A stretch of 31,242 bases of DNA, taken from positions 1-31,242 of IMG/VR virus record IMGVR_UViG_3300030207_001546; one strand, 5' to 3'. Of the stretch, positions 10,107 to 19,044 are shown piece after piece. The notes under the pieces are model-generated. The model saw only the letters and a program-made list of their open reading frames with translations, was not told the DNA's origin and did not search any database. Source of the stretch: a virus (lineage: Duplodnaviria; Caudoviricetes). The position numbers and the translations under genes were made by a program. Numbering within the stretch: the first letter of the stretch is position 1; the number at the start of each line of letters is the position of its first letter.

Positions 10107-10913
10107 ATGGCAAAGAAAAAAGAAACAAAAGAAAAGGTAGAGGTACCTGTTGTTGAAACACCTACTGTTGAAACACCAAAACCTAAAAAAGATACTTGGG
10201 AAATAAAAGAAAGAACTTATTTTTTAATTGGTGATGCAAAACCTTTAGTTAGAATCATTAAATCAACTAATATATATTGGTTTGACGAAGAAAAAGGTTA
10301 TGAAAGAGAATTAAAGTATTGTGAAAACCAAAGAACTTGTTTTGTAGATGAAATGAAAGGCGACCAAAGACTTTCGCATATTGCATTTAGAAACGGCGCT
10401 TTAGTTGTACCTAAAGAAAAAGTTACTTTACAAAAATTACTTTCTTTATACCACCCACACAGAGAAAGCTTGTATGAAGAGTTTAAGCCCGTACAAAACG
10501 CAGAAAGTCAATTAGACTGGCTAGAGTTTGAGGTAGCCGCAATGAACGCTGCTAATAACCTAGATATAGAGATGGCGGAAGCGGTTATGCGTGTAGAGAT
10601 GGGTTCTAAGGTATCAGAGATGAGTTCTAAAGAACTTAAAAGAGACTTGATGCTGTTTGCAAAGAGACAACCTAAACTTTTCTTAGAGTTAGTTACTGAT
10701 GATAATGTACAACTTAGAAATATGGCTATTAAAGCCTCTGAGCATGGCATTATATCTTTATCTCAAGATCAAAGAACGTTTAGCTGGGCATCAACTGGTA
10801 GAAAGCTAATGAACGTACCTTTTGATGAAAATCCTTATTCAGCTTTAGCCGCTTGGTTTAAAACTGATGAAGGTGTTGAGGTTTACTCTCAAATAGAAAA
10901 AAGATTAAAATAA
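10107..10913 (+). CDS. Hypothetical protein in the head module
   Basis: 268 aa with a K/E/P-rich N-terminal tail followed by a globular domain; located between capsid and tail-ring genes. Confidence 0.75.
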   Translation: MAKKKETKEKVEVPVVETPTVETPKPKKDTWEIKERTYFLIGDAKPLVRIIKSTNIYWFDEEKGYERELKYCENQRTCFVDEMKGDQRLSHIAFRNGALVVPKEKVTLQKLLSLYHPHRESLYEEFKPVQNAESQLDWLEFEVAAMNAANNLDIEMAEAVMRVEMGSKVSEMSSKELKRDLMLFAKRQPKLFLELVTDDNVQLRNMAIKASEHGIISLSQDQRTFSWASTGRKLMNVPFDENPYSALAAWFKTDEGVEVYSQIEKRLK

Positions 10914-10919
10914 TCAAAC

Positions 10920-10958
10920 TGTAGTGGTAGTCGCCCTACGGGGCGATTACAAACTACA
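10920..10958 (+). other. Intergenic stem-loop with a UACG tetraloop and no U-tract
   Basis: TGTAGT-G-GTAGTCGCCC-TACG-GGGCGATTAC-AA-ACTACA: a 10-bp upper stem plus a 6-bp lower stem. Confidence 0.75.
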
Positions 10959-10973
10959 AATTAAAAAAAAATT

Positions 10974-11693
10974 ATGGTAAGCGTAGATACAGTATATCAA
11001 AGAGTTTTAGCTATATGTAACAAAGAACAAAGAGGCTATATAACTCCTCAAGAATATAATCTGTTTGCTAATCAAGCTCAGATGTCTATATTCAATCAAT
11101 ACATACACGATATTAAAAACGTTAGATCTGAGATGGGTAATAGTTTTGAATATGCAGATCCTATAGACTTACTACACGAAAAAATAGCTCCATTTGCTTT
11201 TACTGAAGATGTTACTTCAATATCAAATGGATTAACAGTTTTACCTTTAAATGACTATTTAGGTACTGTACAATATGTTACAGCTTCAAAAACAATAGAA
11301 GTAACAGAAATAAAAAAGAATGATGCTATTTATATAAACGCATCGCCTTTAGCAGCTCCTGACTCAACAAGACCTGTATACGTTAGAGAAAACGAAACAC
11401 AAATACAGATATATCCTACTAACTTAACTACACAACCTTCTGAAATACGATGCAGTATTTTGCGTGCTCCTACAAAAAGAAATAACACTGACGTTGTTTG
11501 GGGTTACGCTGTTGTTGGTGAAAATGCTTTATTTAATGTTAATGATGCTAGAGACTTTTTGCTTCACGCGTCAGAAGAAACTATGTTAGTTATAAAGATA
11601 TTAGAACTAGCTGGTATAAGTTTAAAAGAACCAGGTTTAGTTCAAGCTGCATCACAAGAAGAACTACAATTATTAACGCAACAAAAATCATAA
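10974..11693 (+). CDS. Putative tail ring/head-tail adaptor protein
   Basis: 239 aa starting VDTVYQRVLAICNKEQRGYITPQEYNLFANQAQ. Helical N- and C-termini around a beta core, as in P22 gp4/crAss ring-type proteins; position supports this. Confidence 0.65.
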   Translation: MVSVDTVYQRVLAICNKEQRGYITPQEYNLFANQAQMSIFNQYIHDIKNVRSEMGNSFEYADPIDLLHEKIAPFAFTEDVTSISNGLTVLPLNDYLGTVQYVTASKTIEVTEIKKNDAIYINASPLAAPDSTRPVYVRENETQIQIYPTNLTTQPSEIRCSILRAPTKRNNTDVVWGYAVVGENALFNVNDARDFLLHASEETMLVIKILELAGISLKEPGLVQAASQEELQLLTQQKS

Positions 11694-11696
11694 TAA

Positions 11697-12608
11697 ATGG
11701 GATTAATAAACACAACTCAACAAGCTTACTATTCTGGAAATGATTTTGGTAGTTATCAGTTTGTATCTTTAGAAGATATAATAAATAACTTTATTGTTGC
11801 TTATGTTGGTGAAGGTAAAATTATAAACAAAGTAAGAAGATCAGATATACAGTTTCATAGTAGAAGAGCTTTGCAAGAATTAAGTTTTGATGTTTTTAAA
11901 TCTACAAAGTCCCAAGAGATAGAGTTATCTGCTTCATGTACTATGGTATTACCACAAGACTACGTTAATTATGTAAAGTTAATGTGGACAGATAGTAACG
12001 GTATAGAAAGAATATTATATCCTACAAGTAAAACATCAAATCCTTTTGCTATTGATCAGTCTACAACTGGTTTTTCAGACAATGACTCAGGTTATAATTT
12101 AGATCCTAACACTGGTTATACAGATTTATTAGAGCAAGAACAATCAGACGCTTGGACTAAATATAAAGCTTCTGGAGATTTAACTGGTGATATTACAAAC
12201 GCTTCAAGTGACGATCAAGATTCTGATTTATATGATTATAATAAAGGACAAAGATATGGTATTGATCCTCAGTTTGCTCAGGTAAACGGTTCTTTTTATA
12301 TTGACGAGTTAAAAGGAAAAATACATTTTTCATCTAATGTTAGCGGAAAAACTGTGATACTAAAATATATAAGCGATAGTTTAGGTACAGACGCTGAAAT
12401 GCAAGTACATAAATTCGCTGAAGAAGCAATGTATAAATACATAGCACACGCTATATTATCAACAAAAATAAACATACCAGAGTATTTAGTTGCAAGGTTC
12501 AAAAAAGAAAGATTTGCTGAAGTTAGAAAAGCCAAACTAAGACTTTCAAATATAAAACTAGAAGAGATAACTCAAATTCTTAGAGGTAAGTTTAAACAAA
12601 TAAAATAA
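11697..12608 (+). CDS. Putative second tail ring/tubular protein
   Basis: 303 aa with SLEDIINNF...RRALQELSFD...LPQDYVNYVKL...GKTVILKYISD...EEAMYKYI architecture; lies directly before the stabilisation protein. Confidence 0.65.
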   Translation: MGLINTTQQAYYSGNDFGSYQFVSLEDIINNFIVAYVGEGKIINKVRRSDIQFHSRRALQELSFDVFKSTKSQEIELSASCTMVLPQDYVNYVKLMWTDSNGIERILYPTSKTSNPFAIDQSTTGFSDNDSGYNLDPNTGYTDLLEQEQSDAWTKYKASGDLTGDITNASSDDQDSDLYDYNKGQRYGIDPQFAQVNGSFYIDELKGKIHFSSNVSGKTVILKYISDSLGTDAEMQVHKFAEEAMYKYIAHAILSTKINIPEYLVARFKKERFAEVRKAKLRLSNIKLEEITQILRGKFKQIK

Positions 12609-12613
12609 AGAGT

Positions 12614-15600
12614 ATGCCAGAGTTTAATCAAAACTTTATAAAAGGTCGTATGAGTAAAGACCTTGACGAAAGGTTAGTGCCTAATGGTGAATACAGAGAT
12701 GCTTTAAATATCTCTGTTTCTACATCTGAAGACGCTGATATTGGTACTGTACAAACTTTAAAAGGTAACACTTTGAGAGGTAACAGTATGTCTGGTTTTT
12801 GCGTTGGCTCTATTGCTGATGAAAAAAATAATAAAATATACTATTTAGTATCTGGTAATAAAAGAGACGGTGTGATAGAGTATGACTCAGAGTTACAAAC
12901 AGAACAACCTGTTTTGATTGATATATATGAGTTTAACGTAACACTTTCTAATGATGCTTTTTATAACTCTGTATCAACTTTGTTTGAGTACTCTATAGTT
13001 GACTCTAGCGAGGTTAACATACGTACAGGCATGCAGGTTACAGGTACTTTAACAAATCCACTCACTGGTGTTACAACTACTTTTACACCTGGTAATCCAT
13101 TATTAGTTTCTAGAATAGAAGTTTTAACGGCTAATACTTTAGCTGTTTATTTAGAAGACGAAAACGGTAATACTGTAAATACAAACATTGCTTCAAGCGC
13201 TGGTGATACTTTAACTTTTACAGCGGAAAGAGTTTTAAATTTTGACGAAGGAAGTTATATAACAGGTATAAATGTTATTGATGACTTTTTATTTTTTACA
13301 GATAATAGACACGAGCCAAAACAAATAAGTATATCAAGGTCTATAGCTGGTACACCAAGCGTAAATCAACACACTTTATTAAAAGTTCCAGATCCTTTAA
13401 ATCCTAATTCATTTATTAATTTTAACTCTTCTGGTCAGTTAGGTAGAGATTTTGTAGAAGAACAACATATAACTGTTATTAAAAAATCACCTTTAATACC
13501 ACCTACTTTAGAAATGTCTAATACAAAACAAAGTAGAGTTAACGGTATATACGCTGAAGCACAATTTAATTTTGCTGGCGTAGACCCTAACACTGGTAAT
13601 ACTGTAAACGATTCTGTTGGCACTCAATACACTATAACTTTTATAAACAATGTTACTTATGTAGAAGGTGATGTTGTAATATGCTCTAATGACGATGCCA
13701 ACGAAGATCAAGATTCTTTTGCTACGCATGAGGTAAGATTAAAGGTTATTGACGCTGCAGGAGCACCTAATACTTATGTGTTTGAATTAATGTCTATTAC
13801 TACTATTGACTTGTCTCAAAACAACGAGCAATGGTATTTTTTATTAGATCAAGACAGACCTTTGTTTGAATTTAAATTTCCAAGGTTTGCATATAGATAT
13901 AAATACGCAGATGGTGAATACTCAAGTTTTTCACCTTTTTCAGAACCAGCTTTTTTACCTTCAACATTTGATTATCACCCAAAAAAAGGTTTTAATCTTG
14001 GTATGGTTAATAGCTTAAGATTTTTAAAAGTAAAAGATTTTGTTTTAGAAAAAGAGTTAATACCTAAAGAAGTTGTGTGTATAGATATATTATACAAAGA
14101 ATCAAATTCTCCAAATATATATAGCGTTAAAACAATTAAACATGGTAGTGAAGAGTGGGAAGAAAGTACTACTGGCGGTTTAATGAAAGGAGCTACTGTT
14201 ATCGAAACAGAGCTTATATACGCTACACTACCTTCCAACCAACTTTTAAGACCTTGGGACAATGTTCCTAGAAAAGCTTTAGCTCAAGAAATAACTGGTA
14301 ATAGATTAGTTTTTGCCAACTATTTACAAAACTATAACTTAAAAGATAATAGCGGTAATCCTATAACCATAGACATAAGCACAAGCTTAAAATCTACAAA
14401 TCCAACTGTAAAAGAACCAGAAAAGTCTATAAAAACACTAAGAACATATCAAGTTGGTGTTGTATATAGAGACGTGTATGGTAGAGAAACACCCGTGTTA
14501 GCTTCTTCTCAACCTAGTACTGTTAATTCAGATTTAGGAGAAACATTAGGTGGTTTAACAGTTCCAAAGCTACAAGCAGATAAATACAATAAACTAGAAG
14601 CTCAAGTAAAAAGCAACGCGCCTGCTTGGGCTGAAACTTATAAGTTTTTTATTAAAGAAACATCTAATGAGTATTATAATATTGCTATGGACAGGTGGTA
14701 TAATGCTGAAGATGGTAATATATGGATATCTTTTCCTTCAAAAGAAAGAAACAAAATAGATATTGATACCGTGCTAATACTTAAAAAACAACATGATAAC
14801 GACAAGTTTGTAGACGACAGTGCTAGATACAGGGTTTTAGCGATAGATAATGAAGCGCCTCAATTTATAAAAAGAAAAAGAAGTACGTTTGGTTCTGTTG
14901 TAATAAACTTTAATTCTTCAGGTCAACCACTTGAAGATCGTACCCAGATATTTCCAGTTCAAAATACTTTTGCTAACTCTGGTTTAGTAGAGGCCTTAGG
15001 TAAAACTGATGTTGTTATGAGGATTAGAAATACCGGTAACAAATCTAACTGGTACCCAGTTGGTGGTATAGCAATTGCTAACGCTGGTGGTTATTATATA
15101 GTAACGATAAACGGTAAGTTTGGACCTGATATGGCTTTTACAGATCCTGATGGTGATGGTACTGTGATATCTGGTTTAGAACTAGAGTTAGCGCAAAATA
15201 CTTTTGAAAACAGACCGGAGTTTGATGGTAGATTTTTTGTTAAAATATACAAAGATTTAACGTTAGAAGAAAACGTTGTTAAAGTTGGTAACTCTATACC
15301 TGACTTTGCTGTAAAACAAGTAAGGCATCATTACTATTTAACTAATAGAAAAGGTAGAGATGATGATTGGTGGAGCACGGCTTGGGAGCGTGGTGATTTG
15401 TTTATTGATGGTGAAGCTAGAGGTTTAGCTGGTTTTAAAACAGGTATTGATGCTGGACCAATGGGAACTTTTTTTGGTACTAGCGCCTATATAACGCAAT
15501 CAGAGGCTTCGTCAGCAGGTTTTTCTATAAATTCAGCATACTGGAATGGTAACGGTGGGCCTTTTCCTAAAGATGATGGTTATGGTTTAAACTCGCAGTT

Positions 15601-18600
15601 AGCAGGTGGTACAAGTACTTTACCTCCAATAGGACCTAGAACTGGTAACGCTGCTTTTCCAGCTTCTAAACTTAATCCCAACTATTGTTTAGAACTTAGT
15701 GTTTCTGGTTTAAAAGACGGTATGCAGTATCAAAAAGTTGGTGCTTATAATTTAGGTGGTGTAAAAACTTCTAACCAAATACCTTTTTGGGATGCTATAA
15801 GTTCTGTAGGCACAATGTTTAGATGGAGAAATGATCCAGACGGCGTTGTATACGTTATAACTGAAGCTGTTGATAGTGGTAAAGGAGGTGGTGGTATATC
15901 TTCAAACATAAATGGTAACGGTATATTAAACTTTAGTGACTCTAACCAACCAAATATTTTTGATGGTTTTGGTGGACCTAAAGACGAGCAAGATGATAAT
16001 AAAACGCGTAGACTGTATTTAACGTTTAGAACATCTAAAGACGGCTGGAGAAAAGACTCAACACTACAACATGTTGATCCATTAACTGGTGTTACAAATA
16101 CAGATCCTGATAAATATATAATAGACCAAAACTTAACAGATCAAGAACCTTGGTGGAAAGGTGGTAGTACGCCTCCACAACAGTTTGATCCTACAAGAGA
16201 CTATACCGGTTGGACAACATCTAACGCGGGAACTTATCCAGCTGCCGCGGGTTACATAGGCCAAACAAACCCTAGCGATACTGTTACTAAGCAGGAAATA
16301 GGTAATCCTGGAAATGCTATAACAACTACTATATTAGACAACTATACTAATACAATAGAAATATTAGATATACTTTGGGACGAGATAGAAGATACTACAA
16401 GTCAAAACCCTGGTATATGGGAAACAGAGCCAAAAGAAGATGTTGGATTAGATATTTATTATGAAGCAAGTCAAGCATATCCTTTAATATTAGATAGCAC
16501 AACAAATGAAATGTACGCGCCTTATGGTTCTTTAGTTCAAAATGAAGGACCTCAAAATGGAATACCTACTGCTGTTTTTTCTACTTCGCCTAGTGTAGTA
16601 AGCTGGAATGACAATATTGTTAGTTTAAGTCAATCAGCAAGCGGTGTTTTATTTGCTAATGATATAATATCTTTTACTAGACCTGATGGTAGTGTAACAA
16701 GAGCTAGGGTTGCTATAACACCAACTAGCACTAGAGTTGTATTAAGTAAGTTTGTAGATAAAATGAAAATGACTTTACCTTGGTTTAATTGCTACTCGTT
16801 TGGTAACGGCGTTGAGTCAAATAGAATTAGAGACGATTTTAATCAAGTTTTTATAGACAAAGGCCCTAAAGCATCTACAACATTAGCTGAAACGTACGAA
16901 GAAGAAAGAAGAGGAACAGGTTTAATTTATTCTGGTATATACAATTCTAATAGCGGTATAAATAATCTTAATCAGTTTATAATGGCAGAGCCGATAACTA
17001 AAGATTTAAACCCAAGATTTGGTACTATACAAAAGTTACACTCAAGAGACACAGATATAGTAACATGCTGTGAAGATAAGATATTAAAGATATTAGCTAA
17101 TAAAGACGCTGTGTTTAATGCTGATGGTAACGTAAACTTAACCGCTACAAATAGAGTTTTAGGACAAGTAATACCTTTTAGTGGTGAATATGGTATATCT
17201 AAAAATCCAGAATCTTTTGCTTTTCAAGCTTATAGATCTTATTTTTCAGATAAGTCAAGGGGTGTTGTGTTAAGGCTGTCTAGAGATGGACTAGTTCCTA
17301 TATCTCAACACGGTATGAAAGACTTTTTTGCTGATAATTTAAAAAATGCGTTTAGAATAATTGGTAGTTATGACGATAAAAAATCACTTTATAACATAAC
17401 TCTTAAATGTATAAAAGATGCTACACAGTCAGGAAGCGGAGCAGGCGCAGGTAGTGGAACAGGCGCGGGCGGTGGAACAGGCACGGGCGTAATTACAACA
17501 AATAATGAATTAACAGGTTTAAATACAGATGGCAACTTATTAGGCCATTGGTTTAGATACGGTGGCGTAGTTGATGACTGGGCTAAAGCTATTGAAAACG
17601 GTGCTTTTGGGCAAGGGTTTACTGACATAGGTAATATATTTAATTTATTTGCTAGCAGCGGAACAACACCAGCGGCTATTGGTGATACGCAAGGTAACAC
17701 TGGTAAAGGTTGGACTGGTATACAAGCTGGTGGTTTACATCCTGCTGGAGTTAATTGGGGTAAAGAGGGTAAATATGGTTTAAATCCTGGTTTAATAAAT
17801 CCAGACGTAATTATTTATTTTGACGACCAAACTCAACCACATCCATTGGCGCCATCTTTTGACGCTAATCCTAATTTTACCGATTTAATAAACGCGTTTA
17901 ATATACACGGACCTGGTAATGTTTACTTATATCAAACATTTTTTCAAACAAATTACGCTCAGTATAATCCTTTGTTGGGTTGCACTGGTCCTTTTTGTTT
18001 ACAAGGTTTTTCACCTTGGCCACAAGCTTGGACAAATCCTCACCAGCCAGAAGCGGTATATTCTATAAAAAATATAGAACACGAAGCTAGCTCTGGTAGT
18101 TACAAGTTAACTGTTAACTGGCTCGTTGGATATGGTGGCTTTCAAGACTTTCAAACTTTTAAGTGGTCGTTAGACAGTCCTTTTATAACAGCTAGCGGTG
18201 GCAGTGGTTCTTGCGCAAGCAATAGTGTTGGAACTTGGGATGTTAATATAACATATACACCTGGAACAGTTGTAGAATATCAAGGTATTTATTATGTAGC
18301 GCAATCTACAATTAACGGTGGGCTTTCTCCTGATAATGGCTTTGGGGCAACAAAATGGAAGTTATGTGTAGATAGTGTTGGTGATAATAATGATGTTGGA
18401 GGAGGAAGTGCTGGTCAAGAAAATAATAAAGGTGTTAGAGATTATACTGTAAGTTTTGCTGACAAAGTAAACGGTTGGGTTAGTTTTAAATCTTGGATTC
18501 AAGAAAATGGATTAAGTATGAACAATAGATTTTATACTTTCTTTGGTGGTAATATGTGGGAGCATCATACTAATAATTCTAGAAATAATTTTTACAATGC

Positions 18601-19033
18601 TACATACCCTCAAATATCTACAATAGATGTTTTATTAAACGAAGCACCTAACGTTATAAAAAGTATAGATTATTTAAAATACTCTGGGTCACAAGCTGCT
18701 ATTACAGAAAATATTTCTACGGCTAATTTTGATGGAGAGTATTATAATAACTTTGCTAAGTTAGGTTGGTTTGCAAGTTCTATAGAGACAGACATGCAGT
18801 CTGGCCGCAAGTTAGAGTTTAAAAACAAAGAGAACAAATGGTTTGCTTATATGCAAGGTGAAAAAACGTTTTTTAACACGGCGTTAGATACGAATATAGA
18901 TATGCAAGAGTTTTCTTTTCAAGGCATAGGTAATGTTGTTACCGTGTCAAAAGATAATATAACGCCTCCACCTCCACCACCAGGACCAACTAGAGTAATA
19001 CTAACAATTGAAGACGATCCAACAGATCATTAA
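12614..19033 (+). CDS. Tail stabilisation/muzzle protein (P22 gp10/T7 gp12-like) with large inserted domains
   Basis: 2139 aa. N-terminus FIKGRMSKDLDERLVPNGEYRDALNI, LFFTDNRHEPKQI, FAYRYKYADGEYS, GNRLVFANY, YQVGVVYRDVYGRETPVL, and beta-propeller-like GEYGISKNPESFA...YFSDKSRGVVLRLSRDGL...GWVSFKS. Confidence 0.72.
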   Translation: MPEFNQNFIKGRMSKDLDERLVPNGEYRDALNISVSTSEDADIGTVQTLKGNTLRGNSMSGFCVGSIADEKNNKIYYLVSGNKRDGVIEYDSELQTEQPVLIDIYEFNVTLSNDAFYNSVSTLFEYSIVDSSEVNIRTGMQVTGTLTNPLTGVTTTFTPGNPLLVSRIEVLTANTLAVYLEDENGNTVNTNIASSAGDTLTFTAERVLNFDEGSYITGINVIDDFLFFTDNRHEPKQISISRSIAGTPSVNQHTLLKVPDPLNPNSFINFNSSGQLGRDFVEEQHITVIKKSPLIPPTLEMSNTKQSRVNGIYAEAQFNFAGVDPNTGNTVNDSVGTQYTITFINNVTYVEGDVVICSNDDANEDQDSFATHEVRLKVIDAAGAPNTYVFELMSITTIDLSQNNEQWYFLLDQDRPLFEFKFPRFAYRYKYADGEYSSFSPFSEPAFLPSTFDYHPKKGFNLGMVNSLRFLKVKDFVLEKELIPKEVVCIDILYKESNSPNIYSVKTIKHGSEEWEESTTGGLMKGATVIETELIYATLPSNQLLRPWDNVPRKALAQEITGNRLVFANYLQNYNLKDNSGNPITIDISTSLKSTNPTVKEPEKSIKTLRTYQVGVVYRDVYGRETPVLASSQPSTVNSDLGETLGGLTVPKLQADKYNKLEAQVKSNAPAWAETYKFFIKETSNEYYNIAMDRWYNAEDGNIWISFPSKERNKIDIDTVLILKKQHDNDKFVDDSARYRVLAIDNEAPQFIKRKRSTFGSVVINFNSSGQPLEDRTQIFPVQNTFANSGLVEALGKTDVVMRIRNTGNKSNWYPVGGIAIANAGGYYIVTINGKFGPDMAFTDPDGDGTVISGLELELAQNTFENRPEFDGRFFVKIYKDLTLEENVVKVGNSIPDFAVKQVRHHYYLTNRKGRDDDWWSTAWERGDLFIDGEARGLAGFKTGIDAGPMGTFFGTSAYITQSEASSAGFSINSAYWNGNGGPFPKDDGYGLNSQLAGGTSTLPPIGPRTGNAAFPASKLNPNYCLELSVSGLKDGMQYQKVGAYNLGGVKTSNQIPFWDAISSVGTMFRWRNDPDGVVYVITEAVDSGKGGGGISSNINGNGILNFSDSNQPNIFDGFGGPKDEQDDNKTRRLYLTFRTSKDGWRKDSTLQHVDPLTGVTNTDPDKYIIDQNLTDQEPWWKGGSTPPQQFDPTRDYTGWTTSNAGTYPAAAGYIGQTNPSDTVTKQEIGNPGNAITTTILDNYTNTIEILDILWDEIEDTTSQNPGIWETEPKEDVGLDIYYEASQAYPLILDSTTNEMYAPYGSLVQNEGPQNGIPTAVFSTSPSVVSWNDNIVSLSQSASGVLFANDIISFTRPDGSVTRARVAITPTSTRVVLSKFVDKMKMTLPWFNCYSFGNGVESNRIRDDFNQVFIDKGPKASTTLAETYEEERRGTGLIYSGIYNSNSGINNLNQFIMAEPITKDLNPRFGTIQKLHSRDTDIVTCCEDKILKILANKDAVFNADGNVNLTATNRVLGQVIPFSGEYGISKNPESFAFQAYRSYFSDKSRGVVLRLSRDGLVPISQHGMKDFFADNLKNAFRIIGSYDDKKSLYNITLKCIKDATQSGSGAGAGSGTGAGGGTGTGVITTNNELTGLNTDGNLLGHWFRYGGVVDDWAKAIENGAFGQGFTDIGNIFNLFASSGTTPAAIGDTQGNTGKGWTGIQAGGLHPAGVNWGKEGKYGLNPGLINPDVIIYFDDQTQPHPLAPSFDANPNFTDLINAFNIHGPGNVYLYQTFFQTNYAQYNPLLGCTGPFCLQGFSPWPQAWTNPHQPEAVYSIKNIEHEASSGSYKLTVNWLVGYGGFQDFQTFKWSLDSPFITASGGSGSCASNSVGTWDVNITYTPGTVVEYQGIYYVAQSTINGGLSPDNGFGATKWKLCVDSVGDNNDVGGGSAGQENNKGVRDYTVSFADKVNGWVSFKSWIQENGLSMNNRFYTFFGGNMWEHHTNNSRNNFYNATYPQISTIDVLLNEAPNVIKSIDYLKYSGSQAAITENISTANFDGEYYNNFAKLGWFASSIETDMQSGRKLEFKNKENKWFAYMQGEKTFFNTALDTNIDMQEFSFQGIGNVVTVSKDNITPPPPPPGPTRVILTIEDDPTDH
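17432..17488 (+). repeat. Gly-X low-complexity linker (GSGAGAGSGTGAGGGTGTG)
   Basis: Locally GC-rich degenerate hexamer repeat within the 2139-aa ORF. Confidence 0.8.
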
Positions 19034-19044
19034 AATATAAAAAT

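Noticed and set aside
12347-12362. AAAACTGTGATACTA resembling the intergenic motif at 21770
   Set aside because: It lies in coding sequence (GKTVIL) and is explainable by protein constraint in AT-rich DNA; too weak to call.
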